Source: Alphaproteobacteria bacterium (GTDB lineage Bacteria; Pseudomonadota; Alphaproteobacteria; UBA828). From it: a DNA stretch of 64,000 bases. The stretch lies in assembly GCA_965216915.1 (NCBI GenBank), contig CBDCGS010000011.1:195404-259403 (forward strand). Reading direction: 5' to 3'. Under the pieces are notes generated by a model. That model was not told the DNA's origin, did no database searches, and saw only the letters and a program-made list of their open reading frames with translations. The position numbers and the translations under genes are program-made. This document shows, in pieces, positions 17,474 to 26,132 of the stretch (the stretch's first letter is position 1; each line of letters opens with the position of its first letter).

Positions 17474-18643
17474 GTGACCGCTCCCCGGCCCCCGACGCAC
17501 GTCCCGACGATGCTGAGCGGCGGATTTCGTCCCTTCTTCCTCGGTGCCGGTGTTTGGGCGGTGCTGGTCGTCGCACTCTGGATGGCCTCCCTCCAAGACA
17601 TGCTATCGAACGCATCGGCGTTCGATGCCGCGACATGGCATCTGCACGAAATGATCTTCGGGTACTTCGCGGCGGCGATGGCCGGGTTCATGCTGACGGC
17701 CCTCCCCAATTGGACCGGCCGACGGCCCCTGCACGGCCGCCCGCTCGCGTTACTGGTCGGGCTTTGGCTCTCGGGTCGGGTCGCGGTTTGGTATTCGGAG
17801 CCGCTGTCACCGATCGGCGCAGCGTGCATCGACCTCTCGTTTCTCTTCGCCCTGCTGGCGATCGTGCTGCGCGAGATCTGGGCCGGACGCAATTGGCGCA
17901 ACCTCCCGGTGGCTGTTGCCGTCGGCGGTTTGCTCCTTGCCAACACCTTGCTTCATGTCGAGGTCATCACGGCGGTCGCGACCGGGGATATCGGCAGCCG
18001 ACTGGCACTCTCGATCGTCGTCGGGCTGATCAGCTTGATCGGCGGCCGCGTCGTCCCGAGCTTCACCCGAAACTGGCTCGATAAGCGGGGCGAGCGCGCC
18101 CTTCCGGCACCCTTCGGGAGCGTTGACCGCGTGTCGCTCGCGCTCGTGGTCGGCGCGCTCGCGGCATGGATCGGCGCACCGGATCATGGCGCGACGGGCG
18201 CGGCGCTCGTCGTGGCGGGTGTTGCGTCCTTCGTGCGCCTGGCGCGCTGGCGCGGCCACAGGACGGGGCCGGAGGCCCTCGTCTGGAGCCTTCACGTCGG
18301 CTTTCTCTGGCTGCCGGTCGGCCTCACGCTCCTCGGCATCGCAGCGGCCACCGATGCGCTGTCCCCCTCGGCCGCGCTGCATGCGTTGGGGATCGGTGCC
18401 ATCGGGTCGATGTCGCTCGCCGTGATGACACGGGCGACCCTCGGCCACACCGGTCGCGCGCTCCACGCCGATGGCATCAGCGCGGCGATCTATGGGCTTG
18501 TTCTCGTCACGGCGATCGCGCGCGTGCTCTCGGCGAGCCTCGCCGAGCCGATCGGGCCGCTCTTGTGGGCCGCTGCGGGCCTTTGGATCGCTGCGTTCTG
18601 TCTCTTCAGCGCGCGCTACGGAGCCATGCTGGTTCGGCGATGA
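17474..18643 (+). CDS. nnrS: NnrS family membrane protein (NO-response heme-copper protein)
   Basis: 389 aa with about 12 predicted TM helices. The conserved N-terminal FRPFFLGAGVWAV and spaced His residues follow the NnrS pattern. Confidence 0.8.
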   Translation: MTAPRPPTHVPTMLSGGFRPFFLGAGVWAVLVVALWMASLQDMLSNASAFDAATWHLHEMIFGYFAAAMAGFMLTALPNWTGRRPLHGRPLALLVGLWLSGRVAVWYSEPLSPIGAACIDLSFLFALLAIVLREIWAGRNWRNLPVAVAVGGLLLANTLLHVEVITAVATGDIGSRLALSIVVGLISLIGGRVVPSFTRNWLDKRGERALPAPFGSVDRVSLALVVGALAAWIGAPDHGATGAALVVAGVASFVRLARWRGHRTGPEALVWSLHVGFLWLPVGLTLLGIAAATDALSPSAALHALGIGAIGSMSLAVMTRATLGHTGRALHADGISAAIYGLVLVTAIARVLSASLAEPIGPLLWAAAGLWIAAFCLFSARYGAMLVRR

Positions 18644-18665
18644 CGCGAGGGCGCGGCGGTAGGGG

Positions 18666-19427
18666 CTAGGGCTCCGGAAAGATGAGCCCCGCCGCGAGGA
18701 AGCCGCCATCGACGCCGAGGATCTGGCCCGTGATGTAGGCGGCCTCCTCGCTGGCGAGGAAAAGCGCGGCGGCCGCGGTCTCCGGCGGCGTGCCATAGCG
18801 CCGCATCGGTGTCGCCGCCTTGTAGATTTGGCGCGTTGCGGCGGTGTGCATCTTCTTGACGAGATCCGTTTCGATCGCGCCCGGCGCGAGCGCGTTGACC
18901 GTGACCCCGTGCGGCGCAAGCTCATTGGCCATCACCTGGGTGAGCGTGTTCACGCCGCCTTTCGCAGCGCCATAGGCTGCGCGCCGACCGCCGCCTCGAA
19001 CACCCGCGGCGGAGGACAGGTTGACGATGCGGCCATAGCCGCGCTTGACCATTTCGCGCGCCGCCGCCTGGCCGCAGAGAAACGTCCCAGTCAGGTCGAT
19101 CTCGATCACACGGCGCCAATCCTCGACCGTCGTTTCGAGAAACGGCGCCTCCACGCCGACGCCGGCGCTATGGATGAGGATGTCGACCGCGCCCAATGCC
19201 GCTGCGGCCTGTGTCACCATCCCCGTCACCTGGTCGGGATCGGTCACGTCGACCACGATCGGAAGGACGCGTCCACCACCGCCTACCGTCTCTGCGGCTG
19301 CCTGCGCACCCTCCGCGTTGTTGTCGGCGATTGCGACGCTTGCCCCGCTCGCGGCGAGCTGCGAGGCGATCTCGAAACCAATGCCGCGCGCCCCGCCCGT
19401 GACAATGGCGCTCCGCCCCTCGAAATT
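18666..19427 (-). CDS. SDR family oxidoreductase (FabG-like)
   Basis: TGGARGIG cofactor motif, NSAG, and a YGAAK catalytic Tyr/Lys. Start at MNFEGR. Confidence 0.85.
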   Translation of the reverse strand, partial: NFEGRSAIVTGGARGIGFEIASQLAASGASVAIADNNAEGAQAAAETVGGGGRVLPIVVDVTDPDQVTGMVTQAAAALGAVDILIHSAGVGVEAPFLETTVEDWRRVIEIDLTGTFLCGQAAAREMVKRGYGRIVNLSSAAGVRGGGRRAAYGAAKGGVNTLTQVMANELAPHGVTVNALAPGAIETDLVKKMHTAATRQIYKAATPMRRYGTPPETAAAALFLASEEAAYITGQILGVDGGFLAAGLIFPEP

Positions 19428-19593
19428 CATCGCCCTCTCCTTCGCAATCATCGCGATCCTACCGCACCCATGGCGCTGCGCCTCGCGCAAAGCGAGGCGA
19501 TCCGGCGCGCGGATTCAGCCATTCAAACCGCCGCGCACACGGACTAGGATCGAGGCAAGAAACGACGCAACCGAGAACGGTGAGGGAGATCCG

Positions 19594-20061
19594 ATGAGCC
19601 CGGTGCGATCGGCAGCGGTCGCTCTCGCGATTGCGGCAAGCGTTGCCGCAGGCGCGTGCGCGCCATCATCATCGCGCGTCGCCGTGAAGGACCTGCCGAC
19701 GCTTGAGACCGCCTTCACATTTCCCTTGCTGTCGTTCGACGAGCTCGTGGATCTGTTTCAAGCGGCCGAGCTCCCCGGCGCCGAGCGGTCCACGCTGAGC
19801 ACGGATTTCGCACGGGTGGTTTGCGCGGCGAAGGGTTACCGCGTGGGCGGCGATGCCTTTGGCCGCTGCGCGACCACCGCGACCGCTGCGACGGCCGATC
19901 ATCGCGAAGCCTTGGTGCGCGCATGGACGCTGGGCGAGATCGCCCATCGGATCGCCAAGCTCGAGCATCGACGCCACCAAGGCTCCTTGGCCGGCCCGCG
20001 GCGGGCCACCCTTTGCTACGATCTCTCCATGGACGTGCTGACCGAGTGCGAGGACGTGTGA
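19594..20061 (+). CDS. hypothetical secreted/lipoprotein-like small protein
   Basis: 155 aa. N-terminal signal peptide ending AAGAC, preceded by a GAGGGAG Shine-Dalgarno sequence. No known domain recognised. Confidence 0.45.
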   Translation: MSPVRSAAVALAIAASVAAGACAPSSSRVAVKDLPTLETAFTFPLLSFDELVDLFQAAELPGAERSTLSTDFARVVCAAKGYRVGGDAFGRCATTATAATADHREALVRAWTLGEIAHRIAKLEHRRHQGSLAGPRRATLCYDLSMDVLTECEDV

Positions 20062-20075
20062 GTAGGGGCCGCGGT

Positions 20076-21800
20076 TCAAGCGAGCTCCGGCGCGCCGCCA
20101 CCGACATGGATCTCGTGCCAAAGTCCAAAGCAGAGCAGCGAAAAGACGAGCTTCGCGGCCTTGCGGTCGAGGGGGGCACCGAGCAGCGTTTCGAGCGCCA
20201 GCGGGTGCACGACCTCCTGAACGCCGTCGTTCTTAGCAAGATAGCGCGCAAGCGTCTCACGCCGGCGGTTTAGCCAATCCTGAATGGGCACGGTGAAGCC
20301 CCGTTTGCGCGCCCACACATCCATCCAATCGCGTTCCGACTTGAGCCAGGCCTTGAGGATGTGCTTGCCGATACGCCCGCGCACCTTGAGCCGGTCGGGA
20401 AGGCCGAACCCGAAGGCCGCGAGCCGCTGGTCGAGATAGGGCACACGCCCCTCGATGCCATGCGCCATGAGGCAACGATCCACCTTGGTCAGAAGATCGT
20501 CGGGCAGCCAGTCCGCGATGTCGCGGGCTTGGCGGCGCTGCAATCGGGTTAGCCCGCTCGCCTCCGCCGGCGGCGCTGGTTGGTGGTTCGCGCTGAGATC
20601 CGCAGTGAACAGCCGCTCGAAGCCGGCAAGGTCACCGCGTCCACGAAAGGGCCGGCGGCGCAGCGTGTCCCACCAGCCGCGCCGGTAGCGGCCATAGCCC
20701 GCGAAGATCTCGTCGCCCCCTTCGCCCGACAGGATGACCTTCACGTGGGGCGCGGCCGCTTCAGCCAGCTTGAGCAGCGGCAGCGCGGCGTAGTCGGCGA
20801 CGAGGTCGTCCATGGCGCGGCACATCGCCGGCAGGCCGGACCAAAAATCGTCCTCGTCGAACAGAACGGCCGTGTGGTCGGTGCCAAGCTCGCGCGCGAG
20901 CCGCTCGGCGACGGCGCGCTCGTCGCTCACGGTCGCGCTGGCGAAGCCGATCGTAAAGGTGCGGATCGTGCCGGCGACCGCGGCCATCTTGATGACCATC
21001 GCGGACGAATCGATGCCGCCGGACAGAAACGCCCCGTAGGGCACCTCTGATTGCAGATGCCGCTCGACCGCCTCTGCGAGATGACCGTCGAGCATGCGCA
21101 TGGCGTCCGCGTGACGTTGCGGCCCGCCGAGCGGCGGCGGATGGCGCGTGCGCGACACGATTGCCCCGTCGCGCACCACAAGCACCTCACCCGGCAGCAC
21201 CCGCTCGATCCCGGCGAACAGGGTGTCACGGCCGGCAAGATATTGGCGGTTCAAGAATGGCCCGAGCCCGGCGCGGTTGACCGCCGCCGGCCGGAGTCCC
21301 GCCTTGGTGAGGGCCGCGGGCTCGGAGGCGAAGGCGAAGCCCGCGTCGGTGCGCGCGTAGTAAAGCGGCTTGATGCCGAACGGATCGCGGCAGAGCACGA
21401 GGGTCCGGCTCGTCTCGTCGTAGATCGCGAGCGCGTACATCCCTTCGAGCCGATTGACGAACGCGGCCCCGTGGCGAGCGTAGAGGTGGAGGGCGGTTTC
21501 GGTATCCGAGCGTGTCTTGAGGCTAACGCCGGCGGCCTCGAGCTCTCGCTGCAATGCCACAAAATTGTAGATCTCGCCGTTGCCGACGATGTGGATCTTG
21601 TCGTGACGGTCGCTGATCGGTTGTGCGCCGCCCGTGACATCGATGATGCTGAGCCGCCGGTGCACGAGCCCGACATTGCCCGAAACGTAGACCCCCTTGC
21701 CGTCGGGCCCGCGATGGGCGAGGGCATCCGAGAGCGCCCGGAGCGCCACCGGCGCGACCTGTTTCCCTGCCGCAAGCGACAGCCCCGCGATGCCGCACAC
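20076..21800 (-). CDS. asparagine synthase (glutamine-hydrolysing) family amidotransferase
   Basis: MCGIAGL N-terminal nucleophile (Cys2) of class II glutaminases, followed by an SGGIDSS PP-loop ATP-pyrophosphatase motif. 574 aa. Confidence 0.9.
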   Translation of the reverse strand: MCGIAGLSLAAGKQVAPVALRALSDALAHRGPDGKGVYVSGNVGLVHRRLSIIDVTGGAQPISDRHDKIHIVGNGEIYNFVALQRELEAAGVSLKTRSDTETALHLYARHGAAFVNRLEGMYALAIYDETSRTLVLCRDPFGIKPLYYARTDAGFAFASEPAALTKAGLRPAAVNRAGLGPFLNRQYLAGRDTLFAGIERVLPGEVLVVRDGAIVSRTRHPPPLGGPQRHADAMRMLDGHLAEAVERHLQSEVPYGAFLSGGIDSSAMVIKMAAVAGTIRTFTIGFASATVSDERAVAERLARELGTDHTAVLFDEDDFWSGLPAMCRAMDDLVADYAALPLLKLAEAAAPHVKVILSGEGGDEIFAGYGRYRRGWWDTLRRRPFRGRGDLAGFERLFTADLSANHQPAPPAEASGLTRLQRRQARDIADWLPDDLLTKVDRCLMAHGIEGRVPYLDQRLAAFGFGLPDRLKVRGRIGKHILKAWLKSERDWMDVWARKRGFTVPIQDWLNRRRETLARYLAKNDGVQEVVHPLALETLLGAPLDRKAAKLVFSLLCFGLWHEIHVGGGAPELA

Positions 21801-21809
21801 GAAGGGTGA

Positions 21810-23156
21810 CTATTCCGCGGCGCTGCGATCGCTGAAGGTCGGGTCGATCACCTCGGGAAGATGCGCGGTGCGATGCGGGATGAGCGCGTCGGAGCCGCTG
21901 ACGACCGAGCGCGCCGGTTCCGCGGGCATGCCGACCGTGCTCGCGCGCTCGGCATAGGTGGCACCGATCGGACGGTCGCGGCGCATATAGTCGGGCTTGC
22001 CGTCGGCAGCGCGGAAATGGGGGATCACCTCCTCCGCGAAGATCTGCATGTTCTTCGTGACCATCCAGTTCGGCATCGGCCCGATGGGCGAGCCGGCGAG
22101 CACCATGCCGCCCGCGCCAAGCTCCTCGCAATAGGCGGCATATTTGTCGATAACCGTCTGCGGCGAGCCGACGATGATGTAGCCGTCCTCCAGCATCTCG
22201 TCGTAGCTGAGCTCCGAGATCGGCTTGAGGTTGTACTTCATGATCGCGCCCATGAAGTTGGCGAAGGAGGGCTTCGACATGTAGCCGGCCGGGAAATAGA
22301 TCTGCCACGGAATCTTGAGACCGGTGTTGAACACCCAGGAGATATGCGCCTTCGCCTCGCGATGGGCCTGCTCGTCGGTCTCCGCGACATAGGTCGGCAC
22401 GCAGGCGTTGAACTGGTCGTCGGTCGCCTCGTAGCCGAAATCGGTTTCCGCGATCTTGCGCAGGAGGTCGAAGCTCTTCTTGTGGAACCAGGACGGAGCG
22501 AAGATCGCGAGGTAAGTGTAGCGGTACTCCGCCACCTTGCGGATCGTCTCGAACGAGCCGTGGCCGGGAATCCAGATCGGCGGATGCGGCGTCTGCAGCG
22601 GGCGCGGCCAAGGATTGACGTTCGGAATATGGAAGTGGTCGCCCTGCCACGTGAAGGGGCCATCCTCCGTCCACGCCTTGATGATTAAGTCATGCGCCTC
22701 CCAGAAGCGCTCGACCGAGGCCGTCGGCGAGACCGGATTGTTGAAATATTCGGGGCCGATGCCGCGCACGAAGCCTGAGATGATGCGCCCGCCCGAGATC
22801 ACGTCGAGCATCGCGATTTCCTCGGCAACGCGGAGCGGGTTTCCGTGGAGCGGGATGGCATTGCCGACGATGCCGATCGGGATGTCGCGGGTGCGCTGCA
22901 CGAGCATCGCCGCGATGAGGTTGGGCGCCGGCATGGTGCCGTAGGCGTTGGCATGGTGCTCGTTGACGATCACCGAGTCGTAGCCGTAGCGCTCTGCCGC
23001 GACGAGCTGTTCGATATACTCGTTGTAGAGCTGGTGCCCCTGCTTGGGATCGTAATGCGCGTTCGAGAGCGTTCCCCAAGTCGACGGGAACGTTTCCGTC
23101 GGCGGCAGGTACGGATAGGGCATTAGGTGGAAAAAGTGGAACCTGAGCTTGTTCAT
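21810..23156 (-). CDS. LLM-class flavin-dependent oxidoreductase (luciferase-like monooxygenase)
   Basis: 448 aa TIM-barrel LLM pattern (VIVNEHH...GNPLRVAEEIAMLDVISGGR). Its start overlaps the stop of the upstream hydrolase gene. Confidence 0.85.
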   Translation of the reverse strand: MNKLRFHFFHLMPYPYLPPTETFPSTWGTLSNAHYDPKQGHQLYNEYIEQLVAAERYGYDSVIVNEHHANAYGTMPAPNLIAAMLVQRTRDIPIGIVGNAIPLHGNPLRVAEEIAMLDVISGGRIISGFVRGIGPEYFNNPVSPTASVERFWEAHDLIIKAWTEDGPFTWQGDHFHIPNVNPWPRPLQTPHPPIWIPGHGSFETIRKVAEYRYTYLAIFAPSWFHKKSFDLLRKIAETDFGYEATDDQFNACVPTYVAETDEQAHREAKAHISWVFNTGLKIPWQIYFPAGYMSKPSFANFMGAIMKYNLKPISELSYDEMLEDGYIIVGSPQTVIDKYAAYCEELGAGGMVLAGSPIGPMPNWMVTKNMQIFAEEVIPHFRAADGKPDYMRRDRPIGATYAERASTVGMPAEPARSVVSGSDALIPHRTAHLPEVIDPTFSDRSAAE

Positions 23157-24028
23157 GACGCGGCTCCTTGGACGAACTCGACGAGCGCGGCGGCGGTCGC
23201 ATCGGGCCGCTCAACGATCAGCGCGTGGCCGGTCTCCGGGATCGTGACGTGCCGGCAATCCGGCAGGTGGGAGGCGAAGCGCGCCGCCATCGCATTCGGA
23301 ATGAGCCGGTCGTCCTCCGCAGCCAAGACTAGGGACGGGCAGGCGACCCGCCCGAGACGGCGCGGCAGCTTGATGTTGTAGCGGGGCGACCACATGTAGC
23401 GCGCCGCCGCGGATGATTCGCCGAAGAGGAAGATGATGTCCTCGAGCGTGAGCTGCTGCTTCGGATCGAGCGAGGTGATGACCCCGTTCTCGACCACCGC
23501 ATCGGGGATGATCGGCGCGAGCGCGCTCTTGTCGTTGTAGAGCCGGTCGATCAGCTCCTCCGGCGAGATCTTGAACAAATCGACGCCAGGCTCGTCCTCG
23601 ATCCTGAGGCCGACGGGCGTAATCAACGTCAGGCTCTTCAGGCGGCGGAAGAGATAGGACGCATATTCGGCCGCGATCCAGCCGCCCAGCGAATAGCCCA
23701 CCATGTGCACCCGATCGATCTCGAGCGCATCGAGAAACGCGTCATAGTGCAGCGCGAGATCGTCGACCGAGACGATCCAGTCGGCGAGCGGCGTTTCGCC
23801 GAAGCCCGGATGCTCCGGCGCGATGAAATCGACGCTCTGCGCGCAGGCCTCGTAGAAGGGCAGCCACATGCGCGTCGAGCCCGCGCCGTGGAGAAACATC
23901 ACCGGCTCGCCCGCCCCCTTGCGCCGGTAGGCGGTCGGCACGCCACCCACATCGACGAAGCTCGGCTCGATGTAGTAGTTCGGTGGCTTGGGCACCGCTT
24001 CCGGCTTCAACGCACCCTCTGCGCCCAT
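23153..24028 (-). CDS. alpha/beta hydrolase fold protein
   Basis: HGAGS oxyanion region and a GYSLGG nucleophile elbow. 291 aa. Confidence 0.8.
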   Translation of the reverse strand: MGAEGALKPEAVPKPPNYYIEPSFVDVGGVPTAYRRKGAGEPVMFLHGAGSTRMWLPFYEACAQSVDFIAPEHPGFGETPLADWIVSVDDLALHYDAFLDALEIDRVHMVGYSLGGWIAAEYASYLFRRLKSLTLITPVGLRIEDEPGVDLFKISPEELIDRLYNDKSALAPIIPDAVVENGVITSLDPKQQLTLEDIIFLFGESSAAARYMWSPRYNIKLPRRLGRVACPSLVLAAEDDRLIPNAMAARFASHLPDCRHVTIPETGHALIVERPDATAAALVEFVQGAAS

Positions 24029-24087
24029 CGTTCACCCCTCGCGTTTTGATCGTGAAAGTCTAGCAGATCCGGCCGGTTTTGCCGCGG

Positions 24088-25143
24088 CTACGGCAACACC
24101 TTGCGGCGGCGAAACTCGGCGAAGAGGTCGAGGAACATCCGCTCCGTGTCCACCATCTCGGTATAGCCGCGGTCGATGCGCTTGGAATCCGACATGAGAA
24201 CGTCCCAGGACGTGTCCATGTTGAAGTCGAAATAGGGCCAGCCCGCGGTCTTCTCGTAGGGCAAGGGGATCAGGCCATGCTTTTCCACGATGCGCTCCCA
24301 GATCGGGCCTTTGTCGACCATCACCTCGGAGGAGCGGATGCGCTGTGGCATGCCGACCGCCATGCCGAAGAACGCCGCCCAATCGGGCCAGACGTTGACG
24401 TAGCGGAAGCCGTCGCCATTGGTGATGTTGAAGATCTCGTTGGCGGCATTGGGCGAGGTCGCCGACCACACGGTCATGCGCGCGAGAAGCCCCGAATCGG
24501 TCACCTGGTTGATTGCCTCGAAGCCGCCGATCTCGCCCGGATATTTGAGCGGCATGCCGAGCTCTTTCGAGATCGCGGCATAGGTGCCGAAGCACATGAT
24601 GAGGTTCATCGGGTTGCCGACCGCGAAGCCGCAGACGGCCTCGGGCCGCAGCACCGCCCACGACCAGCGCTTGCCCTCCTGAAACGCGATCAGGAAGTCC
24701 TCCTGGTCGTAGTAGAAGTTGGGCGGCATGTGGCGTGAGTCGCTTTCGAAGGCCGGTGTCTTGAAGGGGCCGAGCTGGCGGCCGTAGGCCTTGCTGCCCT
24801 CCTGCAGGACGACACGCTCCAGGCTCGGCGAGACCGCATCCATCACGGTCACCGGGTTGGCGACGAGCTTGCGGTTCTGCTCGGTGGTCGTCGCATCGAT
24901 CCCGCCGTAGAGCGCGCAGCAGAAAACGTGCGTCACGTCGGTGAGGTGGGCGAGCTTGCGCTCGGCCTCCGCCATGTCCAGCAGATCGCACGAGATGAAT
25001 TCGGCCTTCCCGGCCATCTCGTCGTCGGGCGAGCGCCGCGAGACGGCGACGATGTCCCAATCGTCGAGCATCGCCAGGTGGTTGATCAGATTGCGCCCGA
25101 TGACGCCGAGCCCACCGACCACGAGCGCTTTCTTGCGTGCCAT
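24088..25143 (-). CDS. NAD(P)-dependent oxidoreductase, extended SDR / epimerase-dehydratase-like
   Basis: N-terminal ALVVGGLGVIGRNL Rossmann motif; 351 aa. Sits where tmoE would be expected in a tmo operon. Confidence 0.7.
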   Translation of the reverse strand: MARKKALVVGGLGVIGRNLINHLAMLDDWDIVAVSRRSPDDEMAGKAEFISCDLLDMAEAERKLAHLTDVTHVFCCALYGGIDATTTEQNRKLVANPVTVMDAVSPSLERVVLQEGSKAYGRQLGPFKTPAFESDSRHMPPNFYYDQEDFLIAFQEGKRWSWAVLRPEAVCGFAVGNPMNLIMCFGTYAAISKELGMPLKYPGEIGGFEAINQVTDSGLLARMTVWSATSPNAANEIFNITNGDGFRYVNVWPDWAAFFGMAVGMPQRIRSSEVMVDKGPIWERIVEKHGLIPLPYEKTAGWPYFDFNMDTSWDVLMSDSKRIDRGYTEMVDTERMFLDLFAEFRRRKVLP

Positions 25144-25156
25144 GGGAGCGCGGGCC

Positions 25157-25459
25157 CTAAAGCGTTTTCTCGAGGTAGAAGCGGATTTGGTCGTCAGTGG
25201 TCTCGATGCGCCCGGCGAAGGAGGTGAGGTTGATCTCGAGTTCGGAGATCGCGATGGGTCGCCCCAGCGCGCGCGACAGCGTCTCCTGGCGGATCACGCA
25301 CTCGCCGTCCGTTTCGATCCGCACATAGGCAACCTTGTCGTCGATCACGAACTCCTTGCCCGGATTGTCCTCCTGGATCGCCTCGACCACGGCATCCGCG
25401 ACCTCGCCGGCCCGCATCACGGGGCCGACCGCGTTGTTGGTGTCCGTCCGTTCCGCCAT
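25157..25459 (-). CDS. tmoD: soluble diiron monooxygenase effector (coupling) protein, TmoD/MmoB family
   Basis: 100 aa. NNAVGPVMRAGE...DNPGKEF...AYVRIE...ELEINLTSFAGRI...DQIRFY aligns closely with the T4MO effector protein as I remember it. Confidence 0.85.
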   Translation of the reverse strand: MAERTDTNNAVGPVMRAGEVADAVVEAIQEDNPGKEFVIDDKVAYVRIETDGECVIRQETLSRALGRPIAISELEINLTSFAGRIETTDDQIRFYLEKTL

Positions 25460-25478
25460 GTTCGCCCCCGTTTGCGCC

Positions 25479-25814
25479 TCAGGCCTGAGAGAATTTCGGC
25501 TCGACTCCCTCGGTGTCGACGAACACGTCCTCGCCCTCGACCTTCACCGGATATTTCGCAACCTCGGCGTGGCCGGGATTGACGCCCTTGCCCGTCACGA
25601 CGTCGAACTCCCAGAGGTGCATGCAGCAGGTCAGCACCTTGCCCTCCAAGTCACCGTCCGCGAGCTCGACCTCCTGATGGGGGCAATTCGACTGGATGGC
25701 GTGCACTCCCTCGCCCTCGACATGGACGAGCAACACATCCGTGCCGCCGACGTCGAAGACCTCCATATCGCCCTCCCACAGATCGTCGAGCGTGCAGACC
25801 TTCTGAAATGCCAT
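25479..25814 (-). CDS. tmoC: Rieske-type [2Fe-2S] ferredoxin of an aromatic monooxygenase
   Basis: 111 aa. CPHQ...CCMHLW Rieske ligands. N-terminal KVCTLDDLWEGDME resembles T4MO ferredoxin TmoC. Confidence 0.85.
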   Translation of the reverse strand: MAFQKVCTLDDLWEGDMEVFDVGGTDVLLVHVEGEGVHAIQSNCPHQEVELADGDLEGKVLTCCMHLWEFDVVTGKGVNPGHAEVAKYPVKVEGEDVFVDTEGVEPKFSQA

Positions 25815-25817
25815 GTG

Positions 25818-26105
25818 CTATTCCGCCGGTTCGTCGAAGTATTCGTCGAAGTAGATGTCGATGCTGTCGAAATAGGCGATCCCGGCGGCCTCCGCCGTCA
25901 TCTCGCGCGGCCAAGGCGGCGCGTCATTGGTCTCGGTGGTGGGGCGCACGCGCAAGACCTTGTCGGGCCGCGGCGCGACGTGCAGATCGATCGAGTGCTC
26001 AGCGCACGCCGCCGCCACCTCGTCCATGGTCAGCTCCGGCGCGATCTCGACGACCTTGATATGGCAGTCGTACTGGAAGCGCGACAGGATCGGAAACGCC
26101 GCCAC
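25818..26105 (-). CDS. tmoB: aromatic monooxygenase hydroxylase gamma subunit (TmoB-like)
   Basis: 95 aa. MAAFPI...HVAPRPDKVLRVRP...PREMTAEAAG matches the TmoB pattern MSAFPV...RVAPREGVMRVRK...PRDMTIAESG as recalled. Confidence 0.7.
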   Translation of the reverse strand: MAAFPILSRFQYDCHIKVVEIAPELTMDEVAAACAEHSIDLHVAPRPDKVLRVRPTTETNDAPPWPREMTAEAAGIAYFDSIDIYFDEYFDEPAE

Positions 26106-26132
26106 GAAACTCGCTCCTCGCTGTGGGCTCGC

